A stretch of DNA of 64,000 nt from Octopus vulgaris (GCA_951406725.2 OX597828.1:62744001-62808000); one strand, 5' to 3'; positions 26,454 to 38,391 are shown, counted from the first letter of the stretch. Notes: generated by a model not told the origin, from the sequence alone. Program-made: numbers and translations.

Positions 26454-26674
26454 CCCTTTAGCATTCACATTATTCTGCCAAAGTTAATGCTTTTTTATCC
26501 ACATTGCCTTGAACTAATCAGGCATTATCTTGGAACTATGAGATTTTGATGAGGCATGTGTTAATTTTTAAGATGAAATTGTAGGGCTGGTGTGAGAGAC
26601 CAGATACGGCCAGTTTGAACATAAAACAGGCAGAATACTTTTGGCCGGATATGGCCGGTTTAAATGCTAAAGGG
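26454..26674. mobile_element. piggyBac-like MITE; related copies at ~45020-45370, and a second family at ~6630-6853, 26806-27042 and ~62040-62400
   Basis: TTAA-CCCTTTAGCATT...AATGCTAAAGGG-TTAA. Confidence 0.8.
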
Positions 26675-27105
26675 TTAACATGAGATGATGTGGTGATGGA
26701 TTTCCAATGTTTGATGACGAAGATTCAGTTGCTTGATCAGCTGAATTATCTGCCCCTGAATTAACATGTGTTCCACAGACACAACAGAATAGTACTGACT
26801 GTTGTTTAACCTTTTGATACTCTCTTGCCAGATATTGATCCTGGTTCTGGGACACAAACTTTCTATTTTAAAAGTGATCTTGAAACCTTCCATCAAATTT
26901 ACATTTGATTTCAGTTGATTTATATTCCAAACACCAGTTTAACAATGAAACAAAACCATTTTATTAAATTCTTTATTATCTCCAAAAATAATTGAATCAA
27001 AAGCTGTGTGTTTCAACAGAAATATGGTAACGAAAGGGTTAATATTTCTAACTTAAATGTGTTGTTTAATATTTACTTATTTAACTTTGTTGATTGTTAT
27101 TTAAG

Positions 27106-27259
27106 ATGTCTGAAAAAAGCGAATCAAAGATCCACATTCAAGGGGTTTCAGCAACTGTCATGCAAGCCCTGCTGGATTTCATCTATACCGAAACCGTCTG
27201 TGTTAATATAAGCAATGTCCAAGAATTGTTACCTGCTGCCTGCTTACTCCAGCTCACAG
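27106..27259 (+). CDS. KLHL12: KLHL12 coding exon 2 (BTB)
   Basis: Bounded by tttaag| and |gtaaga. [51 protein letters not shown](G). Confidence 0.93.
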
Positions 27260-27523
27260 GTAAGAGATGACAACAGCTTTATAAAAGTCTCCTTTTCCAA
27301 TTTACTTTCACTGCATTTTTCAATTATTATCACAGTTTTTAATTTATGCATTTTTGGAGCAGAGGAGTTGAGATTTTTAAGCAAATAAACGGTGCATGTT
27401 TGTTGGATAGATTCAGTGTGTTGATGGTGACTATACTGTATAGATACTGACTGAATAGATAGATACTGCGTGTAGATGGTGACTGGTTAGATATATAATA
27501 CACACAGCATGTAGATGTTGATG

Positions 27524-27575
<52 letters not shown>

Positions 27576-27600
27576 TTTTTGAAGTGATGTACAGATACAG

Positions 27601-28084
27601 TATATTTGGAAATTTTTTATTATTTATTTACACCTTATTTACATTTTTAGTGCTTTCTTCTGTTATCAGATTTATTAAAAAATGGTTCAAATTTAGATTT
27701 CTTGGGTTTTTTTATAAAGAATTTTCTAGGGTTTGCCAAGCAAGGCAGAAAAAAGAAGAAAAAAAATTTTGTTTTTGAGAAGCAGGGGAAGGTAGAGGCA
27801 TGGCTTTTGTATGGTCAGACTTGTTTGTTCAGTACTTAATAGCCTTTTAAGGTGGAGAGGAAAAAGAATTTTTGTATTGTCAAGGTTTTAATTGAAAAAC
27901 CAAATGTTGTTTTTGTCAAAAAAATTTTTTTTCTTCTTTCTTCTCCCTTGCTTGGCAAACTCCAGAAAATTCTTTATAAAAAGGCCAAGAAATCTAAATT
28001 TGAACCATTTTAAAATAAATCTTATAACAGAAGAAAGTGCTAAAAATGTAAATAACATGTAAATAAATAAATTTTTAAAATATA
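27601..28084. repeat. Imperfect inverted repeat with ~175 bp arms and a ~140 bp spacer
   Basis: 27601-27775 versus 27915-28084; ORFs 27515(+) and 27888(-) give near-identical peptides. Confidence 0.9.
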
Positions 28085-28763
28085 TAATCATCCAACATTC
28101 TGACTACCTTATTATTCTAAATATATATATATATATATATATAATACACACTGTATGTAGATGTTGATGATATATATATATGTGTGTGTGTGTGTATATA
28201 AGTAGCACTCCATTGGTTATGATGACGAGGGTCCCAGCTGATATGATCAACATCAACGGAACAGCTTGCTTGTGAAATTAATGTGCAGGTGGCTGAGCAT
28301 TCCACAGACACTTATACCCATATCGTAGTTCTCAGGAAGATTCAGCATGACACAGAGTGTGACAAGGCTGGCCCCTTTGGAATTACAGGTACTACTCATT
28401 TTTGCCAGCTGTGTGGACTGGAGCAATGTGAAATAAAGTGTCTTGCTCAAGGACACAATGCGTCATCTGGAATTGAACTCTTGACCTTACGATTGTGTGC
28501 CGAATGCCCTAACCACTAACCCACACATCTTCATTTATATATATATCAGTATCGCCTGAATGGCCCTTGTGCCAGTGGCATGTAAAAAGCACCTACAACA
28601 GTCTTGGAGTGGTTGGTGTTAGGAAGGGCATCCAGCTGTAGAAACTGTGCCAGATCAGATTGGAGCCTGGTGCAGCCATCTGGCTCGCCAATCCTCAGTC
28701 AAACCGTCCAACCCATACCAGCATGGAAAGCAGACATTAAACAATGATGATGATGATGATATA

Positions 28764-28832
<69 letters not shown>

Positions 28833-29117
28833 GAGAAGAAGGATTGGAAGCTTAAGGATCCTGTGAATGGACAGAGATTTAGAGACATGTTACTTGAAGC
28901 CTTTGACGAAGTAGAAGGGGATAGTGTATCACATGGGGTAGAGGACAACTGGACGTTTCTAAGGGACAACCTGCTGAGAGCCACTGACCAGATCTGTGGC
29001 TGGTGCAAAGTCCCCTCTCGTCCCAAGGTAACGTGGTGGTGGAACAGTGTCGTAGACAGGGCTATTAGAGAAAAGAGACAGACTTGGAAGCACTAGAAAA
29101 ATGGTGGTAGCAGGGAA

Positions 29118-31094
29118 TTGTATCAGACTGCTAAAAGGGAAGCTAGGAGACAGGTCTATCTAGCCAGAGGGGAAGCAGATAAGAAAAAATTTGCCAATGT
29201 TCTGCGCCGTGAGGACCAAAGACTGGAGGTGTTTCGCGTTGCAAGACAGTGTGTGAGAGAGAATTGTGATGTGGTGGGAGAGAAGTGTGTTCGCATGGAA
29301 GATGGTTCACTTGCGCTAAACGAGGATGCAAAGAGAGAGGCTTGGAGATGCCACTATGAAAGGTTGCTGAATAAAGAAAATGAATGGGATAAAGAGATTC
29401 TGCCGAATGTCGACCCAACAGAGGGACCAGCTATCCGAGTTGATAGTTCCTTAGTAGCTAAGGCAATTAGAAGCATGAAGACAGGGAAAGCCCCAGGCCC
29501 ATCAGGTATCACTGCAGAGATGCTCAAAATATCTGGTAGTGTCGGCTATAGCCTAGTCACCTGTATAGTTAATCAGGTGATACATGAAGGAGTCATACCC
29601 AATGACTGGTGTAGCAGCATAATAGTCAACTGCTACAAAGGTAAAGGTGATGCCCTAGATACAAATAATTACAGAGGTATCAAGCTGTTGGATCAGGTGA
29701 TGAAGGTTACAGAGAGGGTCATAAGCCAACTAATTAGAGAGAGAGTTAGTTTAGATGAGATGCAGCTTGGTTTCGTGCCAGGGAAAAGTACCACTGATGC
29801 TATATTCCTGGTAAGGCAGCTGCAGGAGAAATACCCAGCCAAAGATAAGGCCCTGTACCTGGCTTTTGTTGACATGGAGAAAGCCTTCGACAGGGTCCCC
29901 CGATCCCTCATATGGTGGTCAATGAGGAAACTAGGAATAGAAGAATGGTTGGTGAGAGCTGTGCAAGCCATGTACAGGGACGCTGCTAGTAAGGTGAGGG
30001 TTGGAAATGAGTACAGTGAAGAATTCCGGGTAGAGGTAGGGGTCCACCAAGGCTCAGTCCTCAGCCCCCTCCTATTTATCATAGTCCTCCAGGCAATAAC
30101 GGAGGAATTCAAGACAGGATGCCCCTGGGAGCTCCTCTATGCTGATGACCTTGCTCTAATTGCTGAGTCATTATCAGAACTGGAGAAGAGGTTTCAGGTG
30201 TGGAAGCATGGTTTAGAATCGAAGGGCCTTAGAGTCAACCTAGCTAAAACCAAAGTCGTAATAAGTAGGAAGGTAGACAAATCACAAACGCCTTCAGGTA
30301 GATGGCCCTGCTCGATCTGTAGAAAAGGTGTAGGTAGAAACTCTATAAGATGCACCAAGTGCAAGCTATGGACACATAAGAGGTGCAGCAATGTCATAGG
30401 AAGGCTAACTAGGAAGATGGTTTTTGTATGTGGCAGATGCTCGGGAGCATTAACCTCTGAAAATCTGCAGAAAACAACTTCCGTCACTTTCCAGGGGGAA
30501 AAACTAGAAGTGGTTGATAGCTTCCGTTATCTTGGTGACCAAGTCAGTAGTGGGGGTGGGTGTGCTGAAAGTGTAACAGCTAGAGTAAGAATAGCCTGGG
30601 CAAAGTTTAGGGAGCTCTTACCTCTGTTGGTGACTAAAGGCCTCTCGCTCAGAGTAAAAGGCAGACTGTATGATGCATGTGTACGAACAGCCATGCTACA
30701 TGGCAGTGAAACATGGGCCGTGACTGCTGAGGACATGCGTAAGCTCGCGAGAAATGAAGCTAGTATGCTCCGTTGGATGTGTAATGTCAGTGTTCATAGT
30801 CGACAGAGTGTAAGTACCTTGAGAGAAAAGTTGGACCTAAGAGGAATCAGATGTTGTGTGCAAGAGAGACGATTGCGCTGGTATGGTCATGTGGTGAGAA
30901 TGGATGAAGATAGGTGTGTGAAAAAGTGCCACACCCTGGCAGTTGAGGGGACCTGTGGAAGAGGTAGACCCAGGAAAACCTGGGTCGAGGTGGTGAAGCA
31001 CGACCTTCGAACTCTAGGTCTCACCAAGGAAATGACCAGAGACCGAGACCTATGGAAGTATGCTGTGCGTGAGAAGACCCGGCAAGACCAGTGA
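29118..31094 (+). CDS. RTE LINE reverse transcriptase ORF, 658 aa and N-truncated, with an internal PHD-type finger
   Basis: Uninterrupted frame with non-LTR RT motifs and a C4HC3 pattern at 30309-30440. Confidence 0.85.
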   Translation: MYQTAKREARRQVYLARGEADKKKFANVLRREDQRLEVFRVARQCVRENCDVVGEKCVRMEDGSLALNEDAKREAWRCHYERLLNKENEWDKEILPNVDPTEGPAIRVDSSLVAKAIRSMKTGKAPGPSGITAEMLKISGSVGYSLVTCIVNQVIHEGVIPNDWCSSIIVNCYKGKGDALDTNNYRGIKLLDQVMKVTERVISQLIRERVSLDEMQLGFVPGKSTTDAIFLVRQLQEKYPAKDKALYLAFVDMEKAFDRVPRSLIWWSMRKLGIEEWLVRAVQAMYRDAASKVRVGNEYSEEFRVEVGVHQGSVLSPLLFIIVLQAITEEFKTGCPWELLYADDLALIAESLSELEKRFQVWKHGLESKGLRVNLAKTKVVISRKVDKSQTPSGRWPCSICRKGVGRNSIRCTKCKLWTHKRCSNVIGRLTRKMVFVCGRCSGALTSENLQKTTSVTFQGEKLEVVDSFRYLGDQVSSGGGCAESVTARVRIAWAKFRELLPLLVTKGLSLRVKGRLYDACVRTAMLHGSETWAVTAEDMRKLARNEASMLRWMCNVSVHSRQSVSTLREKLDLRGIRCCVQERRLRWYGHVVRMDEDRCVKKCHTLAVEGTCGRGRPRKTWVEVVKHDLRTLGLTKEMTRDRDLWKYAVREKTRQDQ

Positions 31095-31134
31095 GAACAA
31101 TCAAAATCAAATCATATATCAGAAAGCAGGGGTT

Positions 31135-32365
31135 AAGTGACCCATCTGTTCGTGTCCGCTGTCAGCCTCGTCTGGCACCCGTGCCGGTGATACGTAAAAG
31201 CACCATTCGCTCATGGCCGTTTGCCAGCTCTGCCTGGCCCCGTGTCGGTGGCACGTAAAAGCACCATCCGTTCGTGTTCGTTGCCAGCCTCGCCTGGCCC
31301 CGTGCCGGTGACACGTAAAAGCACCGTCTGTTCGTGGCCGTTGGCCAGCTCTGTCTGGCCCCGTGTCGGTGGCACGTAAAAGCACCATCCGTTCGTGGCC
31401 ATTTGCCAGCTCTGTCTGGCCCCGTGTCGGTGGCACGTAAAAGCACCATCCGTCCGTGTCCGTTGCCAGCCTCGGCTGGCCCCCGTGCCGGTGACACGTA
31501 AAAGCACCGTCCGCTCATGGCCGTTTGCCAGCTCTGTCTGGCAACCGTGTCGGTGGCACGTAAAAGCACCATCTGTTCGCGTCCGTTGCCAGCCTCGCCT
31601 GGCCCCGTGCCGGTGACACGTAAAAGCACCGTCCGTTCGTGGCCGTTGGCCAGCTCTGTCTGGCCCCGTGTCGGTGGCACGTAAAAGCACCATCCGTTCG
31701 TGGCCGTTTGCCAGCTCTGTCTGGCCCCGTGTCGGTGGCACGTAAAAGCACCATCCGTCCGTGTCCGTTGCCAGCCTCGGCTGGCCCCCGTGCCGGTGAC
31801 ACGTAAAAGCACCGTCCGCTCGTGGCCGTTTGCCAGCTCTGTCTGGCAACCGTGTCGGTGGGACGTAAAAGCACCATCTGTTCGCGTCCGTTGCCAGCCT
31901 CGGCTGGCCCCCGTGCCGGTGACACGTAAAAGCACCATCCGTTCGTGGCCGTTTGCCAGCTCTGTCTGGCCCCATGTCGGTGGCACGTAAAAGCACCATC
32001 CGTCTGTGTCCGTTGCCAGCCTCGGCTGGCCCCCGTGCCGGTGACACGTAAAAGCACCGTCCGCTCGTGGCCGTTTGCCAGCTCTGTCTGGCAACCGTGT
32101 CGGTGGCACGTAAAAGCATCATCCGTTCGCGTCCGTTGCCAGCCTCGGCTGGCCCCCGTGCCGGTGACACGTAAAAGCACCGTCCGTTCGTGGCCGGTTG
32201 CCAGCTCTGTCTGGCCCCGTGTCGGTGGCACGTAAAAGCACCATCCGTTCGTGTCCGTTGCCAGCATCGCCTGGCCCCGTGCCGGTGACACGTAAAAGCA
32301 CCATCCGTTCTGTGGCCGTTCGCCAGCTCTGTCTGGCACCTGTGCAGGTGGCACGTAAAAAACAC
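31135..32365. repeat. Tandem array of about 20 units of ~61 bp in the RTE 3' UTR
   Basis: Core cgtaaaagcacc recurs every 60-62 bp from ~31193 to ~32354; two unit types. Confidence 0.95.
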
Positions 32366-32689
32366 CCACTACACTCGCGGAGTGGTTGGCGTTAGGAAGG
32401 GCATCCAGCCGTAGAAACACTGCCAGATCTGACTGGGCCTGACGAAGCCTTCCAGCTTCACAGACCCCAGTTGACCCGTCCAACCCATGCTAGCATGGAA
32501 AACGGACGCTAAACGATGATGATGATGATGATGATGATATATATATAATCAAAATAAGCAACAAGGATTATCCTTGTTGCTTATTTTGATTATAATCACC
32601 CCATTTTGAATTATATGGATAATACCATACTAAATTCTGATGCCTTTAACTTAAGTACCATATTCATCTGAATCTAAATTTTTACTGAA

Positions 32690-32725
<36 letters not shown>

Positions 32726-34877
32726 CATACATAAAAAAAACAGTGTAGAGGTTGACTAGATAGATAATTGCTGTGTAAAGGCTGACTAAATTAATAACCA
32801 CAGTATGTAGTTATAACTGTGTATACAAAGGTAGAAAACCAAATTATTAATGATTGACAAAAAATGTGATGATTGATAAAAAGATAATCATTGATAGAAG
32901 GAAATAATTATTGATGTATATATATCATCATCATCATCATTTAACGTCCGTTTTCCATGCCTGCATGGGTTGGACAGTTCAACCGGGGTCTGGGAAGCCA
33001 GGAGGCTGCACCAGGCTCCAGTCTGATCTGGCAATGTTTCTACAGCTGGATGCCCTTCCTAACGCCAACCACTCCATGAGTGTAGTGGGTGCTTTTTACG
33101 TGCCACCTGCACAGGTGCCAGGCGAGATTGGCAACAGCCACGATCAGTTGGTGCTTTTTACGTGCCACCAGCACGGAATTGGTACAAATATTTAATGTTT
33201 GATACAAAGATGTAATTGTGGATAAAGAATAAATTTATTTTCAATTTTGAGGCCATGAATTCTTTCTTGGTTCTTATAAGTAAACAAATTGTTTTTAATG
33301 CTGTTGGTGAGATACAACTTCATAAAAGTTTTATGTAAAACTGTATCTATTTTCGCAACATCATCATAATAATTTTAGTGCCTGCTTTTCCATGCTTCTA
33401 TGGAGCAGATGGATTCTATTGAGGTAGATTACAGCTGGATACCTTTCCTGTTGGCAACCCTTACTTGTCTCCAAGCAAGTTGACATTTCCCTTTCACTGG
33501 ATATGTTTTCTTGGAAGATTGAAAACCTTTGATGCTGCTTGTCTGATGGGGATACTCATTTATAACTACTATACCATGTCAAGTCGAGGAGGCACAAACA
33601 CTCTCTCTCTCACACACTCATACACATAGTGGGCTTCTTTCAGTTTCCATCAACCAAATCCATTCACAAGGCTTTGGTCCTCCTGGAGCTCTAGCAGAAA
33701 TCACCCAAGGTGGCTGCTGTGGGATTGAACTCCAGACCACATGGTTGAACCACTCATTTAAACATAATGTGTACCTGTCTGCAATGTGTTCCCCTGGTGC
33801 CATGTGAAAAGCCCCCAGTCCACTCTCTGAAGTGGTTGGCATTAGGAAGGGCATCCAACTGTAGAAACCATGCCAGAGCAGAGAATGGAGCCTGATGTGA
33901 CCCCTGACGTTACCCGCTCTAGTCAAGCTGTCCAACGCATGCCAGCATGGAAAACATACATTAAATGATGATGATGATGATGATGAATGAAATCCTGAAA
34001 ACTAAAAACAAATGATGTTTAAACTTGCAACTGCAGACCGTGTCATCCCCAGTGTAAGGCAAATACAGTGGAGTGTCAGATTTATCGTAATTATTGGATG
34101 GAATAATGAATAAAATCATACTTACGTCATTACCAATTAAATGTGGCATTTAATTAGAAAACATTTCCAAAAACTCTAGAGTTTCATTTAGTTGTTTCCT
34201 GCATTTATAATTTCATGTGACATAAATTGTGTTGACAGAGATAATGACGTGGACCCAGTGTCTATTTATAGCACCAACTCACACACACACACATTTCTGT
34301 GGACTTGTGTTGAGATAATAAACACTGTTCTATTGCTGCAAACGTCAGTTCTTTTTGTTTTGGGCGATAAAAGTGTTTCCTGATTATTTCCTAATCAACA
34401 ATTTGCGAGCAAACTTTTGCTGTATTTCGCCAGATGTTGATGAAGATGATCTCTGATGTGAACCAGTGTTTGTAAACATCATGCATTAGGTTACTGGCAC
34501 CAGCAACCTAATATTTACATCATTTAAGGCATAATTATGAAGTGTTTAATCTAATATTAAGCACAGCTAATTGGCTTGATTGGTTAAGAAGTTTGATTTC
34601 CAACCATGGGGTCCCAGGTTCTGTCCCACTTTGTGCCACCATGGACAAGTGTCTTCTACAATAATCTTGGTCTGATCAGAGCCTTCTGAATAAATTCGGT
34701 AAATGAAAACTGGAAGAAACCCATCATATCTGTGTGTGTGTGTTAGTTTTATGTTCAGTTATAATAAAATAATGGGTTCCTTTATAATTTTGTAGAGTAC
34801 AGATTGATCATTTTTAATCCCAGGGTCTCGCGGGCCCACACCTTCCACAACCTCTGAGTTGGTACACTTAATGAGTA

Positions 34878-35466
34878 TATGGATGAGGACAGCTGTGTGA
34901 AAAAGTGTCACACCCTAGCAGTAGAAGGAACCTGTGGAAGAGGTAGACCCAGGAAGACCTGGGATGAGGTGGTGAAGCATGACCTTCGAATGTTGGGCTT
35001 CATGGAGGCGATGACAAGTGATCGAGACCTTTGGAGATATGCTGTGCTTGAGAAGACCTGGCAAGCCAAGTGAGACTGTAACTGTGGCCTATGCCAGTGC
35101 AGCAAAACCAACCCTTTAAGAGTACCCTTCAATCATTGGGCAATAAACTGTGCTTGCGAAGACCTGTTGAGTCAAGTGAAGTCATTGCCATGGCTGATGC
35201 CAGTACCACCTGACTGGCATGCAAAAAACACCATTCAAGCATGGTCGATGCCAGTACCGCCTGACTGGCCCTCATGCTGGTGGCACATAAAAAGCATCCA
35301 CTACACCCTTGGAATGGTTGGTGTTAGAAAGAACATCCAGCTGTAGAAACCTTGCCAGATCGGATTGGAGCCTGGTACAGCCTTCTGGCTTGCCAGTCCT
35401 CAGTCAAACTGTTCAACCCATGCCAGCATGGAAAGCAGACGTTAAACAATGATGGTGATGATGATG
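34878..35466 (+). mobile_element. RTE 3' fragment with (GAT)n tail
   Basis: MDEDSCVKKCHTLAVEGTCGRGRPRKTW..EKTWQAK*, then the shared 3' UTR. Confidence 0.88.
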
Positions 35467-35575
35467 AAAATATTATTGACAGTGACTTTGAAGTTTTGGC
35501 CAGTTAAGCCATCATTGGATGGCCAACGATGGCTTAACTGGCCAAAACTTCGAAGTCACTGTCAATAATATTTTC
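35466..35575. repeat. Near-perfect 110-bp palindrome
   Basis: gaaaatattattgacagtgactttgaag..ttgg-atgg-ccaa..cttcgaagtcactgtcaataatattttc. Confidence 0.95.
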
Positions 35576-36578
35576 GTTTAACAATAATATATTGTGTGTG
35601 TCCTCCTGACATTGCGTGAGGTTTGTAAATGGATGCCAGTGTTATATAAGTGACATCTTTCATTTCCAGTTTTCCTTGAAAAATATGTCTGGTCCCGGAG
35701 AGAAATGTTGGAGACAGGTGAAGGTTGGTGGCAGGAAGAGCATTCGTGAGACAACCAATTCCATCTGACCCATTAAAAAGATGATGATGATGATGATTAT
35801 CACTGTCAAGGGAAAATATGACATCATTAGAGTGAATTAAGCTCTTTGTTTCACATAATTTAGCTTGGCCAATAGATACAACTTAGTACTGACCCCTTGC
35901 CTCATAATAAATGGGCATTGGTAGGGGAGAGGTTAAGTCTACCTCTAAATATATCCAAGGATCAGGTGATGGATAAAACCCTCGATCCAAGGAGTCAGAA
36001 CACAAGGTGACAGAACAAATACCACAAGCTGACTTCTTCAATAATTCTGCCAATCCACTGCAATGGGCCGGTATTTTATTTTATTGATTCTGAAAGGATG
36101 AAAGGCAAAAACTGATCCAGAGGGATTTGAACTCAGAATACAGAAGGTCAAGGCGACCACTACACTAAGGACTCTGGTAATCTGCTAATTAGGAAGGGCA
36201 TCCAACTGTAGGGACCATGTCAAAGCAGACAGTAGAGCTTGGTGCAGTCGCCTGGGTTGCCAGCTCCTATCAAATCGTCTGACCCATACCAGCAAGGAAA
36301 AGGAACGTTAAATGACGATGATGATGATGATGAAAGGAAGTATTTTTGTGCATTGATGACCTTCTTACACTCCAGGTTTCGGATGGCTATGAACAAGTTG
36401 ATTCCCTTTATAAAAGTTCTCTCTTTAGCTTTTGGGGTCCTTGTTTTAAAGATGTAGTTGAAAGTAGGAAGGTTTTGTTTCTTCATTAAGCAGACTTAGC
36501 TTCTCTCTCTTTTTTTTATGCATTTGTAAAGAAAATAATATTGTTTATTGTGTGTTCCTATGATTGCTCCTATTTCAG

Positions 36579-36796
36579 GGGTCAAAAATGCATGCAGTGC
36601 CTTCCTTGAGAAACAACTGGACCCCACCAACTGCTTAGGTATTAAGATCTTTGCTGAGAATCACGGATGCGAAAGACTGTTGACTGCTGCAGAAAAATAC
36701 AGTGTGAAGGTGTTCGATGAAATCATACAGAATGAGGAGTTTCGACTTTTGCCAGTTGAAGAAGTCGAACGCTTGATACAAAGTGATGAAATTGAG
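36579..36796 (+). CDS. KLHL12: KLHL12 coding exon 3 (BTB/BACK)
   Basis: Bounded by tttcag| and |gtaatt. VKNACSAFLEKQLDPTNCLGIKIFAENHGC...IQSDEIE. Confidence 0.93.
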
Positions 36797-37099
36797 GTAA
36801 TTTTATACAACAAACCTTACTACTTTATAGCAATTTGCATTCATTATCACCACCACCATCCGTATATATATATACAGCATTTATGAAATAAACCAGAGCA
36901 TTTATTGTGGAAAATAACATAATGTAGAATAACAAGAAGACAACATTTTGTACATATTAACAAATTTCATCATGTATATTTTGGAAAAGCTGAATAGTCA
37001 CACACGACAAGCCAAAATTACCAAAATGTCAATTTTTACAAAGTTTAGTCAAACATCCGCCGACATTATTGACAGTTCTGTTACTGTAGTTAAATAATA

Positions 37100-37615
37100 A
37101 TGATAATAATAATATTTTCTTCGTTTGCCACAAGGGCCAAAAACAAAACAAAACATGAGACAAAAACAAGGAACAAGTGGAACTTAAGACAAAAATTTAT
37201 GTAAACAATGAAACAAATACAATTAACGACAGAATGTAAGGAATACATTCCCCAAAAGTAGGAGGGTTCCATCCAGGGACAACAAAGGCCCCCACATCCT
37301 GGTCACCTCGATCACCAAGGACACCCTTCCTCATCCCCTCCAGCCTACAGGCATATATTCAGATTAGGCCCTTTCATATGGGCCATCCACGCAACATTTA
37401 TCCCCCTTTCAATGAAAATACTGGGGTGCAGCACTTGCCTCTCCACCCTCACTTTCCTTTTCAAGTGGAACTTATAAAAGGATTTGGACAAAGAGGTAAA
37501 TGTCTCTCTCTTCACTCCCTTCAACCTCATCCACCACACTACCTTTTTCGCTATAGCCGCGAGATAGGAAAACTGTCTGCCCTTCCCAGTCAATAGAAGG
37601 TGGTGGGACAATCCT
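37100..37615 (-). mobile_element. Probable L1/Tx1-like LINE 3' remnant
   Basis: AIAKKVVWWMRLKG..FYKFHLKRKVRVERQVL resembles a Tx1-type C-terminus; ends in an (ATT)n tail. Confidence 0.5.
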
Positions 37616-37651
37616 CACAATGATAAGGATGATAATGATAATAATAATAAT

Positions 37652-38075
37652 AGCCAGACATAGTCTTAATTGAGAAAGAAAAAAGCCAGACAGTCTTAAT
37701 TGAGAAAGAAAACAAACTATGCTGGATCATAGATATAGTATGCCCAGCTGACAAGAAGGTATGTGATAAGGAAGAAAGAAAAGTCGAGAGATATGGCAGG
37801 TTAGCTTGGGAAGTTAAGCAGTTGTGGCTGGTGAAAAAGGTAGCAGTAGTACCAATAATTGTCGGAGCCCTGGGAAAAGTGACCAAAAATCTCAAAAAGT
37901 ACTTGGAACAAATAGGGGCTGCAATAAGGGTGGAGCACTTGCAGAAAACAGCACTTCTTAAAACCGCTCGAATACTCTGGAAGGTGCTCAAAAAATAAGT
38001 GGTGTTATCTTAGTTCACTGGTAGTGAACAGCTGACACTGTAATACATCTCCAGCGTCAGAAACTGTGCAAAGGC

Positions 38076-38118
<43 letters not shown>
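37652..38118 (+). mobile_element. R4/Dong-type non-LTR retrotransposon 3' fragment (restriction-like endonuclease) in (TAA)n
   Basis: PDIVLIEKENKLCWIIDIVCP..KEERKVERY..LW..VVPIIVGALG..LQKTALLKTARILWKVL*; flanked by TAA repeats on both sides; short 5' duplication. Confidence 0.85.
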
Positions 38119-38119
<1 letters not shown>

Positions 38120-38241
38120 TAGACAAAATAAAGCATATTTTTTCCATCAAGATAATCATTTTCTGTTTGTTGTGCTCTGATATATTGAAAAATGATTAAT
38201 GCATTTGTTATTTTGTTGTGTTATGTTTGCATTTGGTTCAG

Positions 38242-38391
38242 GTGATTTGTGAAGAACCTGTCTACGAAGCTGTTGTCAAATGGGTGAAATATGATCCAGA
38301 AAACAGAAAAGATAAACTCGCTCGCCTCCTTCAGTATGTTCGGCTACCACTCCTGTCGGCCTGGTACATCACTGATAAAATTGATACAGAG
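38242..38391 (+). CDS. KLHL12: KLHL12 coding exon 4 (BACK)
   Basis: Bounded by ttcag| and |gtcagt. VICEEPVYEAVVKWVKYD...LLQYVRLPLLSAWYITDKIDTE. Confidence 0.93.

Larger units (their letters stand above)
28829..32537 (+). mobile_element. Young, 5'-truncated RTE-clade LINE with RT ORF, 3' UTR tandem array and (GAT)n tail
   Basis: RT motifs GKAPGPSG, NYRGIKLL, FVDMEKAFDRVP, GVHQGSVLSPLLF, YADD and FRYLG. One premature TAG at 29094. No endonuclease domain. Begins in (TA)n and ends gatgatgat. Confidence 0.93.

Noticed and set aside
31135-32365. CRISPR-like array beside a reverse transcriptase
   Set aside because: There are no unique spacers (only two recurring unit types) and no cas genes; the context is a eukaryotic LINE 3' UTR.
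31162-32483. 315, 384 and 322 aa minus-strand ORFs
   Set aside because: All three frames are open because the repeat unit lacks stops on that strand; the peptides are permutations of the repeat.
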